DNA of 64,000 nucleotides from Prolixibacteraceae bacterium (GTDB lineage Bacteria > Bacteroidota > Bacteroidia > Bacteroidales > Prolixibacteraceae). Each line of letters opens with the position of its first letter. The stretch's first letter is position 1. Below are positions 1 to 8,235 of the stretch, piece by piece. The position numbers were made by a program, and so were the translations under genes. Under the pieces are notes generated by a model. The model saw nothing but the letters and a program-made list of their open reading frames with translations, was not told where the DNA came from and made no database searches. The stretch lies in the NCBI GenBank assembly GCA_034003625.1, contig JAVEYG010000015.1, forward strand, positions 22,726-86,725, read 5' to 3'.

Positions 1-1
1 A

Positions 2-136
2 CGGGTTTACCAACAAAAGGCCAACGAAATCATCGACCAAAACATGGACCAGATATCGGAAGCTGCCATGAAGGAGGTATATTCTATGTTGCGTATTGTA
101 AAATTTGTAAAAGGACTCGACGATGACAAAGCTTAA
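2..136 (+). CDS. 3' end of an upstream CDS (partial), probably the type III-B large subunit Cas10/Cmr2 by position
   Basis: Frame 2 is open from the window edge to TAA at 134-136 (..NEIIDQNMDQISEAAMKEVYSMLRIVKFVKGLDDDKA*). It overlaps the cmr3 ATG by 14 nt. Identity is inferred only from the canonical cmr2-cmr3-cmr4-cmr5-cmr6 order. Confidence 0.35.
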   Translation, partial: RVYQQKANEIIDQNMDQISEAAMKEVYSMLRIVKFVKGLDDDKA

Positions 137-1238
137 ATACTTAATTAAAATGATCCCGCTAAATACCTATTTCTTTGGCGGCGAAAAGACGTTTACTACT
201 GCAAGTGGCGAAACCAATTATTTCGCACGGTCGAACCAATGGCCGCAACAAACCACCGTATTGGGATTGCTGCGATATTTAATTGGCAAAACCTGCGGAT
301 TCGATCCTACTCAAATTGGCAAGCACAGTTTTATTGCCAATGCCGATGATAACGAGTTTGGTATAATTACAAATCTATCGCCTGTATTTTTGATTGATGC
401 TGACGGTAATTATTTGCTCGAAGCCGGAACCGACCACCAAAAGAATAAGAAAACAGAGAAGGTGGAACGGTTTAATTTAAAACCATCGGATAATGGACCT
501 GTGAATTTTGGAGTTTATGATACAGCCTATAGGGGCGTTAGTGATGCTCCAAATTTGACCTTCGATTACAAAGAATACTTGGTTTCTGCCTTGCGCAACA
601 ATGGTAACCCTGACTCCGATCTGGTTAATCCCGAAAAAGTATTTCACGAGCACCATCAGGTGGGGAATAAAAAAAACTATTCGGGCGGCACTGACGAAGA
701 AGCATTTTTCAAACAGATATTTTACCGTTTGGAAAAGAATTATGCTTTCGCGGTGATTGTAGAAACATCAGCGAATTTGCCTTTTTCTGTCGAAATTGAG
801 ACCATGGGGGCCGACCAATCACTTTTTAGGGTTGAAGCTGAATTACTTAAAGATGAGGATACTGTATTTGATGAAATTGAAAAGGAAAACCTTTCGGAAA
901 CAGGCTACCAACGCATTGTTTTATTGAGCGATGCTTATGTCGACTTCCCTGTAATCGAAAAATGCAACTTCGCTGTTTGCGAAACCAACGATTTCAGAAA
1001 CATTGTTACCCATGCCATTGACAATGGAGATGCAAAAAAAACAAGGAATTTTCATCGAATGAAAGTGGAGCACAAGGAACCAGAGAAAGTGAATGATACG
1101 GCAACTAAATCTGTAAAATTTAATCTTTTACGTCGTGGTTCGGTGCTATTTCCCGACAATGTACAGGATTTAGTACCACACCTCAACAACCCTGTTTTTA
1201 AAACTATCGGTTACAATTATTTTCAACTAACCAAATAA
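123..1238 (+). CDS. cmr3: Type III-B CRISPR RAMP protein Cmr3
   Basis: 371-aa ORF directly upstream of cmr4/5/6. The N-terminus (IPLNTYFFGGEKTF) matches the Cmr3-type start. Tight operon packing with 14-nt and 11-nt junctions. Confidence 0.7.
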   Translation: MTKLKYLIKMIPLNTYFFGGEKTFTTASGETNYFARSNQWPQQTTVLGLLRYLIGKTCGFDPTQIGKHSFIANADDNEFGIITNLSPVFLIDADGNYLLEAGTDHQKNKKTEKVERFNLKPSDNGPVNFGVYDTAYRGVSDAPNLTFDYKEYLVSALRNNGNPDSDLVNPEKVFHEHHQVGNKKNYSGGTDEEAFFKQIFYRLEKNYAFAVIVETSANLPFSVEIETMGADQSLFRVEAELLKDEDTVFDEIEKENLSETGYQRIVLLSDAYVDFPVIEKCNFAVCETNDFRNIVTHAIDNGDAKKTRNFHRMKVEHKEPEKVNDTATKSVKFNLLRRGSVLFPDNVQDLVPHLNNPVFKTIGYNYFQLTK

Positions 1239-1249
1239 AAATCATTAAT

Positions 1250-2113
1250 ATGAAACCAGAATTATACATTATCGAATGCAAAAGCAACCTGCACGTAGGT
1301 AGCGGCGACAGTAACTACGGTGTGATAGACAAATTAATCCAACGCGATACAACCGACCAATTGCCCTGTATTTACTCATCGAGCCTTAAAGGCGCTTTCT
1401 GTGAGTATTTTGAGGAAGTTATCGAAAAGGACAAAGAAAAAGGAAAGAAAGAACTTTCGGACCTTATTTTCGGAGGCGGGGATAATAAAAAATCAAGTAA
1501 ACTTTCTAAGGGATCGCACATCTTCCACCAGGCTTTTCTGCTGTCAATACCGTTGCGGTCGAACCGGAGAACACATTACAATTCGATAGCCCCAATGATG
1601 GCAGGCCAGTTGCTCGAAATGTCCAAACTTTTTACCTATGAGCTTCCCGATAATTTGAAAAAGGAACTTGAATTTGTGAAAGCGCTTCAACCTAAAGACG
1701 GCAAACCAATCGTATTTGAAAATAAGAAAGATCTGGAAATTGAAGATTTCGTTGAGGAGGATTTTGTTGTTGTTGATGCTATTGTAACACCGCTTCCTAA
1801 GCTTAAAGAAATCATCGGCGACGAGGTGATTATTTTAAGTGACAGCGATATGAAGCGCTTGACCAACGATTACCACCTCCCCATCATTGCCCGGAACAAA
1901 CTGGAAAATGGAAAAAGCCAAAACCTTTGGTACGAACAGGTACTCCCACGGAAAAGTGTTTTTACTGCATTTGTGGTAAATGGTAGCAAAGATCAGACGA
2001 AAGATGACTTCAAAGCCAACGTTGAAGGTAAAACCGTTCAGATTGGTGGCGACTCGTCAGTAGGATACGGCTATTGCCATGTTTATTCATTACCTAAAAC
2101 TGTTCAGCCATGA
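1250..2113 (+). CDS. cmr4: Type III-B backbone RAMP (Cas7-like) Cmr4
   Basis: N-terminal SNLHVGSGDSNYGVIDKLIQRD followed by SSSLKGAF (RAMP G-rich and SxxKG motifs typical of Cmr4). The C-terminus has GGDSSVGYGY. The stop overlaps the cmr5 start by 4 nt. Confidence 0.85.
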   Translation: MKPELYIIECKSNLHVGSGDSNYGVIDKLIQRDTTDQLPCIYSSSLKGAFCEYFEEVIEKDKEKGKKELSDLIFGGGDNKKSSKLSKGSHIFHQAFLLSIPLRSNRRTHYNSIAPMMAGQLLEMSKLFTYELPDNLKKELEFVKALQPKDGKPIVFENKKDLEIEDFVEEDFVVVDAIVTPLPKLKEIIGDEVIILSDSDMKRLTNDYHLPIIARNKLENGKSQNLWYEQVLPRKSVFTAFVVNGSKDQTKDDFKANVEGKTVQIGGDSSVGYGYCHVYSLPKTVQP

Positions 2114-2520
2114 CACACCGTAGCCAAATAGATGCTTTGCTGAAAAGCGCAGATGAAGCATTAATAAAAACAAAGATTGTTGAAAACGGGGTAGTCAATG
2201 ATGGCTACGATAGCGCGATTGCTGCCTTTGGGCCCATTGTTACCCTTAGCGGCCTGATGCCTGCCATGGCTTTTTATTGTGCAACAGGTAAAGACGATAA
2301 ACGAAAAACCGATAAAAGCAAAGTTATTACGGCTATTGCCCTGACCCTTTTATCGAAATACAACAAAAACGACGAAAAGGCTTTGTTCTCTTTTTGTCTG
2401 GAAAACGACAACAATAGAAGTATCTCTGCAAGGCTAAGGGACGACATTGTAAATGCCTCCATTGCATTAAAAATTATGGTACGAACCTATAAAATTCCTG
2501 AAGGCGATGGACAAGAATAG
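2110..2520 (+). CDS. cmr5: Type III-B small subunit Cmr5
   Basis: 136-aa helical protein between cmr4 and cmr6 (AAFGPIVTLSGLMPAMAFY). Size and position match Cmr5. It is translationally coupled on both sides. Confidence 0.7.
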   Translation: MTHRSQIDALLKSADEALIKTKIVENGVVNDGYDSAIAAFGPIVTLSGLMPAMAFYCATGKDDKRKTDKSKVITAIALTLLSKYNKNDEKALFSFCLENDNNRSISARLRDDIVNASIALKIMVRTYKIPEGDGQE

Positions 2521-3427
2521 AAAGATCAGAAGTTTGTCGGATTTGGGAGCTGCTTTCGGAATCCAGGCAAGAAACATGGATAGTCTCGGAAACACTACCA
2601 GAATGACATCGAAAACCTTGAATACAACTTGTACTCCAAATATGGGATGGTTGTTTTACAAAGACTATTTCAGAAATGTGAGATTCGATTATGTGTTGGA
2701 TGACGACCAAAAGCAAATTAAAGCAGAGAATGCCAGGATCATTAAAGAAAAAAACCGCAAACTCATTGAAAAAACGAAGCTGGTTGTGATTAATGACGGT
2801 CTCGGTATTCCCGATCAAAAAATAGAAGTGCAAGTCTGTTATCCCGGGCTTATTACAGGGACAGGTATTACCCACGAAGCAGGGATTGAAGGGGAATTTA
2901 AACTTGGACTTCATTTCGATTATACGTATGGAATGCCAGTTATTCATGGTTCATCGGTAAAAGGCTTGCTTCGGAGTGTTTTCCCAAAAGGAATAAAAGA
3001 TAAATATGCCAAAGCAAAGCTCGATTACCTTATTAAACTCTTAAACGACAAATTCTCATTGGTCGCCGATCAGAAGATGATAAAACAAATTGAAGATGAA
3101 ATCTTTGAGGGCAAGAAAAGCAATGGGACACGTATTGATATTTATCATCGGGATATTTTCTTCGATGCCATTGTCGTTAAGCCCGATTATCAAGGAAGAA
3201 TTGTTGAAAGTGATGCAATTACCCCTCATAATAAGAATCCGTTAAAGAACCCTGTCCCAATACCTTTTCTAAAGATAAGCCCCGGATGTACCATACAGTT
3301 CCGCTTTGACTTAAAGAAAGGTGAAGTATTGGATATCCATCAGAAATGGGAATTCTTCCAGGAAATCCTCAAAACCCTCGGTATTGGCGCCAAAACCAAT
3401 GTTGGTTACGGGCAATTTGAACCCTAA
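2507..3427 (+). CDS. cmr6: Type III-B RAMP protein Cmr6
   Basis: HGSSVKGLLRS motif and C-terminal GAKTNVGYGQFEP glycine-rich loop. 306 aa, last gene of the cmr string. Confidence 0.85.
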   Translation: MDKNRKIRSLSDLGAAFGIQARNMDSLGNTTRMTSKTLNTTCTPNMGWLFYKDYFRNVRFDYVLDDDQKQIKAENARIIKEKNRKLIEKTKLVVINDGLGIPDQKIEVQVCYPGLITGTGITHEAGIEGEFKLGLHFDYTYGMPVIHGSSVKGLLRSVFPKGIKDKYAKAKLDYLIKLLNDKFSLVADQKMIKQIEDEIFEGKKSNGTRIDIYHRDIFFDAIVVKPDYQGRIVESDAITPHNKNPLKNPVPIPFLKISPGCTIQFRFDLKKGEVLDIHQKWEFFQEILKTLGIGAKTNVGYGQFEP

Positions 3428-3500
3428 AATAACACAATAAAAACCCCCCGCTTCCCGGGGCGGGGGATCAGCTAACATGTATAATTTTAATTTTTTACTT

Positions 3501-3977
3501 ATGAACAACAAAGTAGACAAACAATTATCAGATGAGGAAAAAACGGAAATCCTCCAGCTGATAGCCACCCTGCGCGGTAAAATGCCGTTCCTGATCAAGC
3601 TCAGTAACGACGAGCGTAAAACCATGGTATTTATGGACGATGGCCGTAAGCCTTTCGCCAATAAATCGTTCGATTATGCAGCGCGGAACAGTGAACTAAG
3701 CCCCGGCGCCGAAATGGTCGCTTCAGGGGCGCGCGACCTCAACCTGTTCTCGTTCCTTTCGGTTGCCGAAAGCGAACTGGGGCAACTGTACGAAATGGTG
3801 CGCGACACCAAACAGGCTGCCGGAAGCGAAGCTTTCGAAGTAGCCCGGTTCATTTACAAAAAAGCAAAGATGGCCCTCGAAATGGGCATGCCCGGTATGC
3901 AGACCATTGTCGACGACCTGGGCAAGCTCTTTAAATCCACTCCGTCATCCAACGGTGGTAATCCTGATCCCAGATAA
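3501..3977 (+). CDS. Hypothetical protein co-transcribed with cmr3-6
   Basis: ORF 3477-3977. The likely start is ATG 3501 (MNNKVDKQLSDEEK..). It lies 70 nt after cmr6 on the same strand and is followed by a strong terminator at 3993-4021. No motif recognised. Confidence 0.55.
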   Translation: MNNKVDKQLSDEEKTEILQLIATLRGKMPFLIKLSNDERKTMVFMDDGRKPFANKSFDYAARNSELSPGAEMVASGARDLNLFSFLSVAESELGQLYEMVRDTKQAAGSEAFEVARFIYKKAKMALEMGMPGMQTIVDDLGKLFKSTPSSNGGNPDPR

Positions 3978-3992
3978 AAATCACAAAGTCTT

Positions 3993-4021
3993 GTCCTGCC
4001 GGGAACGGACAGGGCTTTTTT
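3993..4021 (+). terminator. Rho-independent terminator ending the cmr operon
   Basis: GTCCTGCC..GGACAGGGC hairpin followed by TTTTTTT. Confidence 0.7.
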
Positions 4022-4073
4022 ACACGTTCATTGAATTACTGTTTGATCTTTGTACATCAGCCCCGATGAACTG

Positions 4074-4343
4074 CATATCAATAGTGATGTTCTGCACACC
4101 GGTAGCGATACTCTGCACATCGGCATCCATATTTCAAACATCGGTCACGATGTTCCACGCATCGGCCACCGGACCCCGGAACATCGGTCACGGTGTGCCA
4201 CACATCGGCCACCGGACCCCGGAACATCGGTCACGGTGTGCCACACATCGGCCACCGGACCCCGGAACATCGGTCACGGTGTGCCACACATCGGTATCGG
4301 ACCCCCGAATATCGGCCACGATATCCCGCGCATCGACTATCGG
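4074..4343. repeat. Degenerate 21.5-bp periodic array of (C/T)ATCGG boxes, including 3 perfect 43-bp units
   Basis: CATCGG-like boxes start at 4097, 4118, 4139, 4160, 4182, 4203, 4225, 4246, 4268, 4289, 4310 and 4331, so spacing is 21-22 nt. Identical 43-bp units start at 4161, 4204 and 4247. Confidence 0.85.
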
Positions 4344-4384
4344 ATACTGAAGCATTGGTAACGATACGCCACGCATCAGCACCT

Positions 4385-5125
4385 TAAACCTACCCTGAAA
4401 GGGTATTCGCGATAACACAGTGCCCTGCTCTGTGCATAAGGGCAGAACATCATTACTAACCCTGAAAGGGTAATGGTAACAACACCGGGCCTCGCCCTGT
4501 GCATAAGGAGAGGACATCATTACTAACCCTGAAAGGGTAATGGCAACAACACCGGGCCTCGCCCTGTGCATAAGGGCAGAACATCATTACTAACCCTGAA
4601 AGGGTATTCGCAACAACACCGGGCCTCGCCCTAAGTATAAGGGCAGAACATCATTACTAACCCTGAAAGGGTAATGGCAACAACACCGGGCCTCGCCCTA
4701 AGTATAAGGGCAGAACATCATTACTAACCCTGAAAGGGTATTCGCAACAACACCGGGCCTCGCCCTGAGCATAAGGGCAGAACATCATTACTAACCCTGA
4801 AAGGGTAATGGCAACAACACTGGGCCTCGCCCTGAGCATAAGGGCAGAACATCATTACTAACCCCAAAGGGTAATGGTAACAACACTGGGTACCGCCCTG
4901 AGCATAAGGGCAGAACATCATTACTAACCCTGAAAGGGTAATGGCAACAACACCGGGCCTCGCCCTGAGCATAAGGGCAGAACATCATTACTAACCCTGA
5001 AAGGGTAATGGTAACAACACCGGGCCTCGCCCTGTGCATAAGGGCAGAACATCATTACTAACCCTGAAAGGGTATTCGCAACAACACCGGGCCTCGCCCT
5101 GTGTATAAGAACAAAAACACCATTA
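4385..5125. repeat. Tandem REP-like array, 67-bp unit x11
   Basis: The unit is TAACCCTGAAAGGGTAATGGCAACAACACCGGGCCTCGCCCTGTGCATAAGGGCAGAACATCATTAC. Copies start at 4390, 4457, 4524, 4591, 4658, 4725, 4792, 4859, 4926, 4993 and 5060. Each unit holds two hairpins (ACCCT-GAA-AGGGT and GCCCT-gtgcata-AGGGC). Confidence 0.9.
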
Positions 5126-5158
5126 ATAAGCCCTGTAAGGGCGCAAACAAATAAAACC

Positions 5159-5611
5159 ATGTCGCAATCATTATCGAAAATCTACGTACACATTACTTTC
5201 AGCACTAAGAACCGCCGGCATATCATTGATGAAGCCATTAATACCCGGTTGTACGATTATTTGGGCGGGATTTGCAAAGGGCTCGGATGCAACCCGGTAC
5301 GGATAGGCGGCCATACCGATCATGTACACATCCTGTGCCTTATGTCGCGTAAAATAGCCCCGATGCAGTTGTTGGAACAAGTAAAAAAGCGGTCCTCAAA
5401 ATGGGTCAAAACACAAGGAGAGAAGTATGCTGCTTTTTACTGGCAGGACGGATATGGGATATTTTCTGTTAATCCGGCTGAGACCAGTACGGTTGTTGAG
5501 TATATCAACCGGCAGGCAGCGCACCATCAAAAACGTACTTTTCAGGACGAATACAGGGCATTTCTCAAAAAATATGCTGTTGATTACGACGAACGGTATG
5601 TATGGGATTAG
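5159..5611 (+). CDS. rayT: REP-associated tyrosine transposase (RAYT / IS200-like Y1 HUH transposase)
   Basis: 150 aa. It has an HUH motif (HTDHVHIL) and a C-terminal catalytic Tyr context (VVEYINRQAAHH), with the typical start IYVHITFSTKNR. REP arrays flank it on both sides. Confidence 0.8.
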   Translation: MSQSLSKIYVHITFSTKNRRHIIDEAINTRLYDYLGGICKGLGCNPVRIGGHTDHVHILCLMSRKIAPMQLLEQVKKRSSKWVKTQGEKYAAFYWQDGYGIFSVNPAETSTVVEYINRQAAHHQKRTFQDEYRAFLKKYAVDYDERYVWD

Positions 5612-5915
5612 GCTTTCGCCCTTTCAGTGCTTATTTCATTGGCGGATTGACCATCAGGCATCGGGCGTTGCCCGTTGCTTTTGCCCTCGCCCCGTTGGGG
5701 CTTGCATCAATAAAGGGCCTGATGCACCGTGTACCGATTATCCAAGACTTACCCTGAAAGGGTAATGCCCTTTCAGTGCTTATTTCATTGGTGGGTTGGC
5801 CATCAGGCATCGGGCGTTGCCCGTTGCATTTGCCCGTGCCCCGTTGGGGCTTGCATCAATAAAGGGCTTGATGCACTGTGTACCGATTATCCAAGACTTA
5901 CCCTGAAAGGGTATT
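5612..5915. repeat. 149-bp tandem repeat x2, GC-rich hairpin-dense, ending in the REP hairpin
   Basis: CTTTCAGTGCTTATTTCATTGG.. occurs at 5621 and 5770. It contains CGGGC-gtt-GCCCG and GCCCC-gtt-GGGGC hairpins, and each unit ends with TACCCTGAAAGGGTA. Confidence 0.85.
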
Positions 5916-6078
5916 AGCAATAACACTGGGCATCGCCCTGTACATAAGGAGAGAACATTATTACTTACCCTGAAAGGGTAATGGCAACAACACCGGGCAT
6001 CGCCCTGTGTATAAGAACAAAAACACCATTAATAAGCCCTGTAAGGGCGCAAACAAATAAAACCATGTCGCAATCATT
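5916..6078. repeat. Two further REP units plus a 78-bp perfect duplicate of the RAYT 5' region
   Basis: 6001-6078 is identical to 5095-5172, including ATGTCGCAATCATT (the RAYT start). The second copy then stops after 9 codons. Confidence 0.9.
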
Positions 6079-6104
6079 TTTGCACAAAACATAAACAACA
6101 ACCA

Positions 6105-7049
6105 ATGATCAATCTTTTCTTTCTCCAATACCTCCGGTTTGTCCGGTTGAGGGTACAGTTCGAGGCCCTCGAAACCATTGTGTTGCCCGAATATAAAGGA
6201 TCCGCATTTCGGGGGTGCATAGGTGAGTCACTGCGGGACGAAGTATGTAAATACTCCGGCCTCGATTGCCAAAAGTGCGGGGAACGGTATTCCTGTCCCT
6301 TTTCGCAGTTGTTCAACAGTTTTGTAGAGCCTGCCCATCCGCATCACGGCAAGTACCCGAAATGCCCGCACCCGTATATTATCGATCCGGGGAACGACCG
6401 GCGTACTGTTTTAAACCCGGGCGACAGTTTTGGGTTCGATATCACGCTTGTCGGGAATGCAGAAGCCCGGCTTCCTTTGCTGCTCCGTGTTTTTGAGCTG
6501 ATGGGAGGAACAGGCATCGGTAAGGGACATGCACGCTTCAGGGCAACGGGCCTGCTGTCCATGCGCCCGGATACCCGTTACGTCCCCGTCCTGTTGTTTG
6601 GCCAGCCCGACCGCATTAGCCTGAACGGTTTGCCAACGCCTGTGATTGGTAATACGGTCACATTGAAATTAGAAACCCCTTTGCGGATGAAGGGAAAGGG
6701 CAGATTATTGCATTCCCCGCCTGCTTTTGGCCTGTTCGCCGAAAGGTTGGCACAGAGGCTTGGCTTGCTGGCCCATTTCCATTGCGGCGCCCCATGGCTC
6801 GGGGAAGATGCCCGTTTTTCGGAAGGTGCTGAGACCATCCATATCTGTCGGGCAGATGTGCAAATGGCCGATTGGCGGCGGTATTCGGGCACGCAGGACA
6901 CCCGCATGAACTTCGACGGGTTGACCGGCAGTATCACGTACGAAGGGGAGGGTTTAAATCGTTGGGTACCCTTGCTCGCGATGGGCGTATGGCTGCATGC
7001 CGGGTCAACGGCCACCTTCGGGTTGGGGAAATACCGCATTGACGGGTAG
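6105..7049 (+). CDS. cas6: CRISPR pre-crRNA endoribonuclease Cas6 (variant with a 4-Cys cluster)
   Basis: 314 aa. RAMP-type C-terminal glycine loop (GSTATFGLGKYRI), an internal GTGIGKGHARF, and a CX6CX2CX5C cluster at aa 48-64. It lies between the cmr module and cas2-CRISPR. Confidence 0.7.
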   Translation: MINLFFLQYLRFVRLRVQFEALETIVLPEYKGSAFRGCIGESLRDEVCKYSGLDCQKCGERYSCPFSQLFNSFVEPAHPHHGKYPKCPHPYIIDPGNDRRTVLNPGDSFGFDITLVGNAEARLPLLLRVFELMGGTGIGKGHARFRATGLLSMRPDTRYVPVLLFGQPDRISLNGLPTPVIGNTVTLKLETPLRMKGKGRLLHSPPAFGLFAERLAQRLGLLAHFHCGAPWLGEDARFSEGAETIHICRADVQMADWRRYSGTQDTRMNFDGLTGSITYEGEGLNRWVPLLAMGVWLHAGSTATFGLGKYRIDG

Positions 7050-7065
7050 CCCCGTACACGGCAAA

Positions 7066-7612
7066 ACGTTCATTGACATGCTGGGAAAATATCTACATCT
7101 CAATTCCGTCCGGGAAAAAGGCATTATCCTTGAAAAACATTTTCTCGCGGACGGATTGCTTTCGTTACTTCCGGCCCGGGGCGGCTCCCGGTAAAAAACC
7201 GGTCTTGCCCCGGGCTATTGACAGCTTGCCCTTTCAGGGTAAAAACAATGGCTTTCAAATGTTTTCCCGGTTATTCTTATCCGGGCTGCATCAATGATGC
7301 TGAGGGGCTAAGTAATATTTGTAATCCTTTTACGGGTAAGCCTCAAGCGACCAGAGTACTGGCTGCTTCATTCATCATTCAAAATTCATCATTCAACATT
7401 GTTTTTTATGGGTGGCCCTTGGGCGACGAGGACGTTTATTTCAAAATTTACATCCCAATTCCGTCCGGGAAAAAGGCATTATCCTTGAAAAACATTTTCT
7501 CGCGGCGGGTTGCTTTCGTTACTTCCGGCCCGGGGCGGCTCCCGGTAAAAAACCGGCCTTCCCCGGGCTATTGACAGATTACCCTTCAGGGTAAAAACAA
7601 TGGCTTTCAAAT
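7066..7612. repeat. About 1.5 copies of a ~356-bp tandem repeat (family also at 9359-9790)
   Basis: CAATTCCGTCCGGGAAAAAGGCATTATCC.. occurs at 7101 and 7456, and the same unit recurs after the CRISPR array. The overlapping ORFs 7073-7297 and 7218-7574 are translations of this repeat. Confidence 0.9.
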
Positions 7613-7647
7613 TGCATTGTCAACAGAGTGTTGTATCAGGCGTACGT

Positions 7648-7723
7648 TGTCACCCTGAACGTAGTGAAGGGTCTTACGTTTTGCGCTATTCACAACAGAT
7701 GCTTCACTACGTTCAGCATGACA
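7648..7723. mobile_element. MITE/REP-like hairpin element (copy 1)
   Basis: Perfect 15-bp inverted arms CTGAACGTAGTGAAG (7655-7669) and CTTCACTACGTTCAG (7702-7716). A related copy lies at 14953-15027. Confidence 0.6.
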
Positions 7724-7956
7724 AAACAATGTTGGCACAACATTAGGTCCGGGATAAAAATTTACTTGTACCTCATGGTTTTAACTACCCCATCCCCATC
7801 CCTTCCCCAGTCCGGAAAGGGAGTTTGGCTTGTGAGTTTGCCAATGTCCGTTCAATAATTATAAAACCATGTGCAGGCCAAAAGTCCCCCGATTTGGGGG
7901 ATTAGGGGGCACATATTTAAACAACCTGGTATAAAAATATTTCTAAATCAAATAAA

Positions 7957-8235
7957 GTGAAACAATTTGTAGTAGTGGCCTACGATGTTGCCGACGACCG
8001 GCGCCGCCAGAAAATAGCCAAAGTATTGGTTGGGTACGGTATCCGATGCAACGAAAGCGTTTTCGAGTGCCTGTTGACAGAACCGAAAATACGCAATATG
8101 CAGCAGCAACTGTTAAAACTGGCCGATGAAAGCGAAGACATTATCCTGTATTATTTCCTGTGCAAACCTTGTGTGATGAAACGCGAAAGCGTTGGCCGGA
8201 GAACTGGCTTTGAACCCGAAATCATTATGGTTTAG
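7957..8235 (+). CDS. cas2: CRISPR adaptation protein Cas2 (GTG start)
   Basis: 92 aa with VVVAYDVADDRRRQKIAKVLVGYGIRCNESVFEC, a classic Cas2 ferredoxin-fold N-terminus. It sits directly upstream of the leader and array. Confidence 0.85.
   Translation: MKQFVVVAYDVADDRRRQKIAKVLVGYGIRCNESVFECLLTEPKIRNMQQQLLKLADESEDIILYYFLCKPCVMKRESVGRRTGFEPEIIMV

Noticed and set aside
3907-5160. Overlapping ORFs on both strands across 3907-5160 with repetitive translations (..GHRTPEHRSRCATHRPP.., ..RARPGVVAITLSGLVMM..)
   Set aside because: They are translations of the 43-bp and 67-bp tandem repeats. The same peptide recurs in several overlapping ORFs, and there is no independent coding evidence.
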